Assembly (NCBI RefSeq): GCF_006345805.1
Contig: NW_021824535.1
Coordinates: forward strand, 1 to 18,226
Source: Octopus sinensis
Lineage: Eukaryota
DNA: 18,226 nt
Reading direction: 5' to 3'
Shown here: in pieces, positions 1 through 9,120 of the stretch
Position numbering within the stretch: the stretch's first letter is position 1
Layout: each line of letters begins with the position of its first letter
The notes under the pieces: model-generated
Seen by the model: only the letters and a program-made list of their open reading frames with translations
What the model was told of the DNA's origin: nothing
Databases searched by the model: none
Made by a program: the position numbers and the translations under genes

Positions 1-691
1 GTACTGATCCTTGTCGGGAAATGTTATTTTCATCGCAGAAATTTTTTAGAGAAGTTAGTGCTTGTTTTATAATGTTTTTCTTTTTTTCTTTTCGGTTCAA
101 CATATATTCTAGCCTGTGGACCGTGAGCAATATCTATTTCTATTTTTGCTCTCTTTTCCTGAAATATTCTTAGAAGTAGGGTGATAGGATCGAAAGTACA
201 TGTATGATAAGGGGTATTTAGATTATATGTAGATGCAGAAAATGAACTTATGACGGTCGAGAAAAAATATATTTGACAAAAAGACAAACTGATAGAAAAT
301 ATATAGATGGATTGAAATTAATGGTTACCGCTAACCGTTCATTACGGGTTGAGGACAAGTTATAAATATCACAGAAAATATGTATGTAGGTTTGTATGTG
401 TAATAGGTTAAATATTATCATAGCATTGCTAGAAGGCGTGTGATTCAGAAACACGTGTCGAATATCGCAAGATATCATGCTAATTTAAGAAAGATTAACA
501 TAGTAGAATATATTTGATATCCTGCACTTGGTTTAAACTTTCACTGAAATGTGTAATATTGTATTATTCTATGCATTTACGAACATGCACACATCTTCAC
601 ACATTATTACAACTTCATACAAGTATATAAACCTCATAAGGGAAACATTTATTAAATTTTCCCTTTAAATATATTTATTTATATATATTAA

Positions 692-849
692 GGGCATTAC
701 TATACATAAATGCCTCACGCTAGGAGGTACTCTTAAAGTCAAAACTACGATAATAAACACATTTTGTACCGACACAAAATGTGTTTATTATAATAGTTTT
801 GACTTTAAGAGTCCCTCCCAGCGTGAGGCATTTATGTATAATAATGCCC
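692..849. mobile_element. Palindromic MITE-like foldback element flanked by TTAA, possibly Kolobok-type
   Basis: Arms 684-767 and 774-857 pair at 79 of 84 positions around a 6-nt loop. TTAA lies on both sides (688-691, 850-853) of an element with ends GGGCATT...AATGCCC. A TTAA target duplication with 5'-RR...YY-3' termini fits Kolobok; piggyBac ends are CCC...GGG. Confidence 0.6.
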
Positions 850-875
850 TTAATATAAATATAAATATATATCTA

Positions 876-876
<1 letters not shown>

Positions 877-974
<98 letters not shown>

Positions 975-975
975 T

Positions 976-1033
<58 letters not shown>

Positions 1034-1037
1034 GGAT

Positions 1038-1070
<33 letters not shown>

Positions 1071-1078
1071 TAAATAGA
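877..1078. repeat. Compound microsatellite (ATCT)n-(CT)n-(AT)n-(AG)n
   Basis: Read directly from the sequence; accounts for ORF 834..1034. Confidence 0.95.
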
Positions 1079-1147
1079 TTGTACCTGATTAGATCTTTGA
1101 ATTTCATTCATTATATATATATTATATATATATATATATGTATATAT

Positions 1148-1346
1148 AGTTAATCCAAAAATGAAAACACAAAGAGAAAACACAACACCGCGAGGACGTG
1201 GAACAGGTATAGGATTATTGGACGCTCAGGAAAGAAGGAAAGAAGGAGGGTTTTACGTTTCGAGCGGAGCTCTTCGTCAGAAACATAGGAAAAGGAAAGA
1301 TACAAAGAAGGGAAGACGGAGGAAAAAAAATCGCCAACGGTACACG
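1148..1346 (-). mobile_element. Short non-autonomous Penelope-like (pLTR/retrozyme-type) element carrying a hammerhead ribozyme
   Basis: A ~200-bp unique-complexity island between (AT)n and (TG)n tracts. It contains a minimal type I hammerhead on the minus strand, a motif characteristic of Penelope-like element termini. No RT or GIY-YIG coding sequence is visible. Confidence 0.55.
1250..1284 (-). ncRNA. Minimal type I hammerhead ribozyme
   Basis: Minus strand reads GUUU CUGACGA A GAGC UCC GCUC GAAAC GUA AAAC. This gives both conserved core boxes (CUGANGA, GAAA), stem II GAGC/GCUC, stem I GUUU/AAAC, a GUA cleavage triplet (cut predicted between 1254 and 1253) and a loopless palindromic ACGU stem III. 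Confidence 0.75.
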
Positions 1347-1371
1347 TGTGTGTGTGTGTGCGTAATCTACA

Positions 1372-1379
1372 TATGTATG

Positions 1380-1413
<34 letters not shown>

Positions 1414-1445
1414 TGTATGTATGTATGTATGTATGTATGTATGTA
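1372..1445. repeat. (TATG)n microsatellite
   Basis: Read directly from the sequence; accounts for the YVCM/HTYI runs in ORFs 1150..1524, 1161..1646 and 1215..1472. Confidence 0.95.
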
Positions 1446-2454
1446 CAGAGAAACAGTCTGGCATGCAGACAAACATACGCAGAAGTCTTTGGGTACACGT
1501 TTGAATGTGTGTATATGTGTACACCTTATATAAAAAAAAAATTATATATTTCTTTAGAAGTCGCTTTTTTTTCCGGTTCCATTGATATTAATTTCAATAC
1601 TTTCTCACAATTTCTTGAGATCTTTTCTCGTCTGTGCTCTATGTGAGAGGAAATGTCTGTGAGAATATGTGTGAGTCTGTGTGTTTCTAATATTGTTATC
1701 GAGCGCGATATGTTTTGTTTGTGTGTCTTTGTATGTCATTGTAACTGTGTTTCTACGTGTATGTGACGCATTGAATCGTATAAACTTTCCAAGAAACATT
1801 GACGAAAGTGTTAAAGCCATCATATAATACCAAAAAACAACCAAAGTTTCGATGTCTCGGTTTACTAGACCAAAAATGAAACGTATGAAATGAAAAAAAA
1901 AAAACAAAAAAAAAGACAGGAAAAGACCAAAAACTACAAATGAGAGAGAGACACAAAACATAAAAAACGAATAAAACGAAAAAGACAGTTAGATAGAAGG
2001 ATAGAAAGAAGGCAACAAGGAAAGAAAATAATGAATAAATGGAAAGAGGTAAACAATAATGGAAATCACGGAACGGAAGACTTATCCCCTTGTTACCACC
2101 ATCAACAGTTTTCCTATTTAGTTTACGTTTTACAAAAAGAGGTGTAATTAAATCTGACAGACGTGAAACATTCATTTCTCTTTACTAAATTGTCATCATA
2201 TTTCTTCCTTTCAACTAAATGACTTTTTTAGAATGGTGCAGGACCGGTAGCATATGGTATTTTGCGGGGTAGGTGGGGTTTTTTTTCAAGTATTTGTTAT
2301 CTGTTTGTGTAATTGTTTTTTTCTTTTTTTTTTACCTTTTGTGTTATTTCATTTAATGTTTTTTTCCAATTCATTTATTTCTTTCCTTTTCTTTCCTAGC
2401 TCTCGGTGTTGAAACACGTTCACCTGTGCTTATTTCATTCCTATATTCTTTTTT

Positions 2455-2777
2455 TCATCCTTCTCCCCCTTCTTCTCATTGTACTCCTTCTTCTCCACTT
2501 ACTCCTGCTGCTGCTGCGCTTCCTCCACCTATTCCTCCTTCTCCTCCTCCTCCTAGTCCTCCTTCTCCTAGTTCTCCTCATCCTAGTCCTCCTCATTCTA
2601 GACCTCCTCCCCCTCCCCCTCTTCTTCTCCTCCACCCTTCCCTCCTCCTTCTCTTCCCCTCCTCCTCTTCCCCTCCTCCACTTCCTCCCCCCTTCCTCCT
2701 CCCCTTCCTTCTTCCTCCTCTTTTTCTTCCTTCTTCCTCCTCTTTTCTTCCTTCTTCCTCCTCTTCTTCTTCTTCTC

Positions 2778-2823
<46 letters not shown>

Positions 2824-2937
2824 TTCTTCTTCTTCTCCTTCTCCTCCTCCTTCTCCTCCTCCTCCTCTCCTCCACCTCTCCACCTCCTTTTCTTCTTCTT
2901 CTTCTTCTTCATCTTCTTCTTCTTCTTCTTCTTCTTC
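2455..2937. repeat. Long polypyrimidine (CCT)n/(CTT)n compound trinucleotide tract
   Basis: About 480 bp of C/T-dominated sequence on the + strand, grading from CCT to TTC units. It produces the poly-L/S/P/E/R/K ORFs at 2406-3028. Confidence 0.95.
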
Positions 2938-3059
2938 GTATCAATATATAATTTTTATGTTAATTATCACTTCTATTAATATTCATCCCACCATAGCGGG
3001 CCTGGTGAACGTTAATAGCGAGCAATAACATCCACCGCTTTTGGGGAGAGTCTAGTCAT

Positions 3060-3245
3060 CGAGTAAAGTGAACTAGCTTGTATTTTCCGGAGAGTTCCAG
3101 GTTTCCTTCTGTCAACCACAACTGTTCTTAACTACAACATCCTCGGTTTATTGCATAAGTTCATCATATAATCCATTCCCTTTAGAGCTATTTATTATGT
3201 TGTTCATTCTTCTTCTCGCAGACTTTTCTTAAGCGTCTGTTTTTA
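3060..3245 (-). mobile_element. Degenerate R4/Dong-clade non-LTR retrotransposon fragment (segment just C-terminal to RT)
   Basis: Minus-strand translation across frameshifts gives EDVVVKNS..WLTEGNL (WLTEGNL at 3118-3098). This resembles the 'D...SW.WL..G.LK' motif that precedes the CCHC finger in R4/Dong ORFs. Heavily decayed. Confidence 0.45.
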
Positions 3246-3258
3246 CTTACATATCTAA

Positions 3259-3656
3259 CTAGCAGTATCGCCCGGCGTTGCTCGGGTTTGTAAGGGAAAT
3301 AACTATATAAGCATTTTTAGAGTTATAGCCAAAAAATAGCAAAAAATATGCATTGAAAATGGAAAAAAAATGATGGTAAATTTTTTTTTAAATCGTTGAC
3401 TCATCGTAGACAGTTTTAGAGAGTTACTTCCCTTTATATAATAGCGAAAAAATGCATTAAAATGGAAAAATATCATGGTAATTTTTTTTTTAAATCGTAG
3501 ACTCATCGTAGACGCGCGCTAATACCCAGAAGGGCTCAATATGAATCACGACTATAAGATACCCTGTTTTGGTTAAACTGCACCGCAAAATGTGGGAGTA
3601 GTTAGGAATCTAAATCGTAGGAGACAGACACACAACTTGACTTTTATATATAAAGA
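3259..3656 (-). mobile_element. Non-autonomous Helitron, complete (copy 1)
   Basis: On the minus strand it begins A|TCTTTATATATAAAA at 3656 and ends with hairpin CCCGAGCAACGCCGGG, 8 nt, then CTAG|T at 3259. These are the canonical 5'-TC, 3'-CTAG, subterminal hairpin and A/T target. It carries an internal ~100-bp tandem duplication (~3315-3411 and ~3414-3513). A second copy lies at 11574-12079. Confidence 0.85.
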
Positions 3657-3659
3657 TAT

Positions 3660-3897
3660 TAATATTCCTTTGCTTTGACCTGCTTTCCATTTAAATTTGA
3701 AATTTCCTTAACCAGCTCCTTAACCTTTTACGTTGAACATCTTTATTTCAAATGTTCCTTGGATCTTCAGCACTTTGCACATCATTTCCCTGATGTTCAT
3801 TCTCATTATTCGGTTGCTGATAACATTTCCGTTTACTTCTCTGCTGCTGATATTGCTTTATTCTTTGTTTGTATCTAATTCTATACTTGCTATCATC
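3660..3897 (-). mobile_element. Degenerate R4/Dong-clade non-LTR retrotransposon fragment (segment just N-terminal to RT)
   Basis: One minus frame from 3897 reads DDSKYRIRYKQRIKQYQQQRSKRKCYQQPNNENEHQGNDVQSAEDPRNI*NKDVQRKRLRSWLRK. This matches the 'RY..R..QY.QN...FY..L...FW..IW...H...WL' block of R4/Dong ORFs, with the stop falling on the IW tryptophan. Confidence 0.6.
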
Positions 3898-5949
3898 TTA
3901 ATTTTTAAGTCTTCTTTCTTCCTTTTTTTTACCTATCAGTAAACTTCCGTATTTAAATTCCAATCGCTGATGAGCGGTCCGTCAGTGTTCCTTTTGTAAA
4001 GCATGGAAACAAATAAATACAAGGATAGGTCGGTGCAGAGAAACGTAAAACACACTGGAAATGGTAGCGCTTTAAGATTGATGGCTATTTATGATCCGAT
4101 GGAGGGAAGATATTTTCAGATGTCTATAGACCTATTATGTTTTAGTATCGCTTGAATTTCCCCAACACACGAATGTGCATCTGGTTTTATGAACTCATTT
4201 TGAGTCTCATCAGGATAGTACCTATATAGAGATTTCATTCGGTTAATCTTAGAGATAATCTAAGTTGTTTACTAGTTACTGTTATTGGTGAACCAGCTAA
4301 AAAGTTCCTGATATGTGAAATCAAATATTAATAAGGCTAATAAATAAAGCCATGAGCACTAGAAGCAAACCACATGTTTCTCAACGCAGAAGAATTTCAG
4401 AGACAAAGCTGGTAAATTTTGTGAATAGCTTTCCAGTATACGATTAGTTGGAAAAAAGAGCTATTTTCTTCTACTTCTTAAATAAACCTATATTTTGTTT
4501 TCTCCATCTCTTTATGAAAGAAAGAAAAAAAAAGACATTCCCTTCTATAGCGAACATAAATTATCGATATCAGATAATTGTTTTATTAGTTACAAAGCAT
4601 TCGCATAACCTGTGACCATCACCGCAAAATATTCAAGGATATTCTCACCACGATTGATCTACAAAAGTGCATTAATTATATTCGAATTCTTACCCCTTTT
4701 TTTTACCAATATCAGTGGTAGAATAAACGACAGCATCGTTTATCATCTAGACATTAGGATCTGTGCAAATACCTTTCTATAACCTCAAGGAATAGATTAG
4801 GCGATTGAATGCAGTTAAGTTCATAAACGAATGTTTTCACATGTATTTAAATTTTAAATATTATCTATTATGTGTACATGCTGAAATATGCCACACAATA
4901 TCTTATGTGTTGCAGATAATCTATGTATGTACACTGGGATAGGATCACAGAATTAAAATAATCTTAATGGAAGGATATCTCAAGCTGTGAATAACTGTGA
5001 ATTTAATCATTACGAAAATGGTTTGAAGCTTTTAAAGAGATCGTTTATTTAAATTAAATATAAATTAACAGTAAATCTACGAAATCATCAAAGCTAAAGC
5101 TATAATTCTTCTCCGCTTCCATTCTGCGTACAATCCCATAATAAAATGAAGCTACAATCTTGATAGGGAATTATACGCGATATAAATACAGCCTCAGAAT
5201 AAAGGATTTAATGTCGGATACTACAGTTATGTATGTATATATATATGTGTGTGTGTGTGTCTGTGGGATATCAAGCGTCGTAAGCTACGCATAACCCAAA
5301 ATACATTAAAAAGATGTCAAAAGAGATTATTCAAGGTAAACCCACTCATGAAGTTAAATCGATCAAATAAAACGAGACGGAAAATATTGCCCTAAACGAA
5401 GTACCGCCTAGTCATACATGATATAATGAAAACTTGAATATGCCAGCATTGCGCTAGAGCCAGACATTATTATCACTAAATCTATCAGCAGGCTACTACA
5501 AAAACTCTCCCATGGTCAAAGTCAGTTTATGTATAGTTCAAAATTCAACGCAGGTGAATACCAAAATGCCTTTAACAACTTACAAGTGATTTCTGGCGAT
5601 ATGCTGTAAAAGTGCTGGATTTAATGCAATCATACGGAAAATATTGGTAACTAGAAGTGATGAAGGAAATTATAGAATGTTATATAAAAGTTACTTAGTG
5701 AAGAGGAATACAAAACGAGATACCAAGTTCTAAACTTTAGGTTGTGTGTGTCACCAATCACGTTGCTGATAGACTGCAGAAACAATCAAGGTACAAGCAA
5801 AACATTGTAAACCGGCGTAGATGTAGCTGTAACATGTAAAATCAAATTTATTTCTGAATATTACATAATGATAATAACATAAATAAATAGATAAAATTGG
5901 AAAAACATTCCAGAAAGTCACTTAGGAAGTTCAACATAATAAAAAATTC

Positions 5950-6060
5950 AAATTCTGGCACAAGGCCAGCAAATTCGGGGTAGGGAACAGTCGATTAGAT
6001 GAACCCCAATGCTCAACTGGTACTTATTTTATCGACCTCAAGGTAAAGTCGAGCTCGACG
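5950..6060 (-). mobile_element. 5'-truncated SINE (family 1), internally deleted
   Basis: Reverse complement matches the 3' half of the SINE at 8957-9120 and 14950-15167 (GGCACAAGGCC...AGTCGATT...ACTGGTACTTATTTTATCGACC). Confidence 0.8.
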
Positions 6061-7554
6061 CCAGTTCGACGCCTTAAACTCTGACACAATGCATTCTGAA
6101 AACTTGAACAGAAGCAAATACGTTCATGTATTAGAAAGAGCAGTTCGGAGACACAAGATCTAATACCTTCAACTTTAAGATTTTATGCGAAACGAATATG
6201 AGCAGCTGCAGGTGAAATACGAGAATAGAAATCATTCTATCATAAATAGTTGTACAAGTCGTCACATATTGCTTGCATCATTTTTTATAGTAACTATTCT
6301 GCCTCCAATATCTGACCTAGTTAATAGCTGAAACTACCTAGATAATTTTTCGGAAACTGTTGAATGTCAACGGAAATATCGACATCAGTGCTCACAATTG
6401 CGGTAGAAAAATTATAATTCGAACATGTCAAGGTTACTCCTGAAATATGTGGCATCATCCCATGCGGCCCGGAATGTAATACTGATGCATCGTCCTCAGC
6501 GGAGAGAATAATGCCAGCAGTCACTTTGTACAAATTTTGCGCACTAATAAGATATTAATGAACCTGATGTTAAAAGGGAAATGAATCTGGCACTGGTCCA
6601 CTCCTCATTGAAAATTGCAAAATTCTATCCAATAGGAATAAAGAGAACAATAATATCATTTCAATGGGAAGGCTGATCGTGGGCATTTGAAACAAAAGAT
6701 GGAAAGAGGAAACAGAATAGAACTCACTAAAAAGCTTAGCTGTAACACACTTTCCACATGATGTTTAGTTCTATGTGTTCCTGCAGTTTGAAAACCTTCC
6801 AGGTGCCGTCTTGTTAACTTTTGTACATGAGACAAAACTATTCATGTGACTAAACGGGTAAAGATTAGCCATAACATTGGCATCTACGAACGAATTTTAT
6901 GGATTTAATGATAAGACACGTCAGGATAGCTAGAGAAATCTGAAATATAACACGAAATAACGAAATAATGAATGATATCAATTATTTTTTTAACATAGGC
7001 GTATTAGTGAAAAAAGTAAAACAGAATCTAATTAAAATATAACAGGTTTGTTTTGGGGACTGCCAAAGAAACGTCATACATTGTTGTGTAATTCTACCTA
7101 CTAAATGATAATATATTAAAAGAAGTACAGAATGTGGGAAAAGAGTAATCCAGTAACCAATATAACTGCTTAGTTTTGCTGTATACCTGTCATCATGGAA
7201 TTAACATGATGGATGCGAACATGTATAGTTCAATGTAGTTAAAAGATATATTCAAAACTAAAACAATAAATCTATTCCGCTCCCATCCTGCGTCTAACCT
7301 CATTATAAAGTAGAACTTCAACCGTGATAGGGAATATTATGCGATATAAGTACAATGTCAGAATGAAACGGTTTCATGCAGAGCTTGAAATGTCTATGCT
7401 TTCGTTTGCATAATCACTGAGGATTCTTGGGTCTTTAGTAGAATCAGGTCTTTCAACATCAGAGCTGGTCACTCACTGGACACAGCTGAAGGTTGATAAA
7501 ATCGCATCTTGCAAATAATTGCCAGAAACAACTGATCAGCCCTTTTTATTCAAA

Positions 7555-7569
7555 GCCATCTAGTGGCCA
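7555..7569 (-). promoter_or_regulatory. CTCF-like binding motif
   Basis: Minus strand TGGCCACTAGATGGC fits the bilaterian CTCF core TGGCCACYAGRKGGC and lies in non-repeat sequence. This is a motif match only. Confidence 0.4.
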
Positions 7570-7774
7570 TCTCCGCAGGTTCGATGATGGAATGCATAAG
7601 TAACTATGCTGTCATAGAAAAAGAAAAACAACACAGTTCAGTTAATGGACACACTATACATAATCTGCATGCAGGTATAATATTGAAGAATCATAGCATT
7701 ACTAACTCATGTTTTAATCTCTACCTCTGTCTAGTGTCACCTGTACCACATCAAGCTCGTTTGACAATTACCTA

Positions 7775-7981
7775 CGACGGAGTGCTGAGAAGTTCCTGGC
7801 TTTAAGTGTATCGCGAAAAGCCTGGTTAGTGGCCCAACCTTCCAAATTCTTTTACAGGGCTTCGAAAAGCCGAAGGACCGCTGCAACAAGTGTGTGAATG
7901 TGAGTGGGGGATATGTTGAATAAAATCATAATTAACTGGTCCTCCTGCATTTTCTTTTACCCAAAAATCAGCACCCTCTCA
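7775..7981 (+). mobile_element. Mariner-derived MITE (internal deletion derivative)
   Basis: TA on both flanks (7773-7774, 7982-7983) and degenerate TIRs CGACGGAGTGCTGA / TCAGCACCCTCTCA. The interior encodes ILLQGFEKPKDRCNKCVNVSGGYVE*, the typical mariner transposase C-terminus (G..L..RW.KC....G.YVE). Confidence 0.8.
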
Positions 7982-8724
7982 TATTTACAGTATCAAATTT
8001 TGAATATTTAGTTATTTTCATATTAAATAATTTTAAGAATATATAATTATACATACACATTGTTTATACATACTTGGCTCATACAGAAAACGCTCAGATT
8101 TCATTGTTTTGTTGATGTAACGCTTAAAATTCAGCAAACACGTTCTGACTATTTTATAGTAACACATTGAAATAACGCTCCTTCTTAAGCAGTCAACAGG
8201 GTGCGTTATGGTGATTATTGCGAGCAGAGTATAGGACTAAATATCCGACGCTCTCACTAGATCATTGAGATCTACTGAATCTTACACCACCACCGCTGAA
8301 ACAAAACAGAATTTTCTATTTTCGAAGTTATCACCCACATGTCTTGTTCTGAACAGAAAATGAGCCACTACGAGGTATTAGGATCTGCTGAAACATGTAA
8401 CTAATTCTCTCTCAAATTACACACAGCCGTCTTTCCATACTCGCTTCGACTGCAATGCTTTTGAGCATAGGCAATATTCTGACAGGGATGATCAATGATG
8501 CAGCACCATCATTGTCGTCGTCGTCATCATTATCATCACCATCGACATCATTATCGTTGTCGTCTTCGTCGTTGTCATCTTTTTCGTCAACTACAACAAC
8601 ATTAACAAACACCGTCTATTCTCAGGTGCTTTTGTTTTATTTCTTATTGGGTCATGGGTACCTTCTTGTAAAATATTAGTGCGATCGTCTTTAGTTCTTA
8701 CTCAATATACCTGTTTCCTCCCAA

Positions 8725-8955
8725 GGCAGTGAGCTGGCAGAAACGTTAGCACGCCGGGCGAAATGCGTAGCCGTATTTCGTCTGCCATTACATTCTGAGT
8801 TCAAATTCCGCCGAGGTCGACTTTGCCTTTCATCCTTTCGGGATCGATAAATTAAGTACCAGTTACGCACTGGGGTCGATGCAATCGACTTAATTCGTTT
8901 GTCTGTCCTTGTTTGTCCTCTCTGTGTTTAGCCCCTTGTGTGTAGTAAAGAAATA
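8725..8955 (+). mobile_element. tRNA-derived SINE (family 1), full length
   Basis: Head GGCAGTGAGCTGGCAGAAACGTTAGC (A-box-like) and B box GAGTTCAAATTCC (8797-8809). Central block TTTGCCTTTCATCCTTTCGGGATCGATAAATTAAGTACCAG resembles the Deu/Nin SINE core. An inverted near-identical copy lies at 12956-13176. Confidence 0.88.
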
Positions 8956-8956
8956 T

Positions 8957-9120
8957 GTATTTCGTCTGTCGTTACGTTCTGAGTTCAAATTCCGCCGAGG
9001 TCAATTTTACTATTCATCTTTTCGGGGACGATAAATGAAGTACCAGTTGCGTATGTGGTCGAATTTATCGACTGCCTCCCCCCCAATTTTCCTGGCCTTG
9101 TGCTTAGAGTAGAAATGAAT
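8957..9120 (+). mobile_element. 5'-truncated SINE (family 1, alternative tail) fused to the preceding copy
   Basis: Starts at GTATTTCGTCTG (equivalent to 8773 of the first monomer) and has a second B box at 8981-8993. It ends in the GGCCTTGTGCTTAGAGTAGAAA-type tail also seen at 14950-15167. Confidence 0.85.

Noticed and set aside
688-853. piggyBac identity for the TTAA-flanked hairpin
   Set aside because: The termini are GGG...CCC, the reverse of the piggyBac CCC...GGG ends.
1753-2175. 140-aa minus-strand ORF with hydrophobic centre
   Set aside because: The hydrophobicity comes from a T-rich low-complexity stretch. I see no recognisable motif; it may be a repeat relic, but I cannot support a call.
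2406-3028. Long ORFs (181 aa, 200 aa, 144 aa and others) over the pyrimidine tract
   Set aside because: These are pure translations of CCT/TTC repeats, open in several frames on both strands, with no domain content.
6321-6533. 70-aa minus ORF; an adjacent frame contains FNEEWT, faintly like a hAT transposase N-terminus
   Set aside because: The match is too short, the neighbouring frames contain multiple stops, and no TIRs were seen.
8412-8679. Acidic/Ser-rich ORFs on both strands
   Set aside because: They are driven by a degenerate (TCG/TCA)n trinucleotide tract, and the flanking residues show no recognisable family.
8725-8810. tRNA gene (A and B boxes present)
   Set aside because: There is no cloverleaf with an acceptor stem. 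The sequence continues into a SINE body and recurs at 12956-13176 and 14950-15167.
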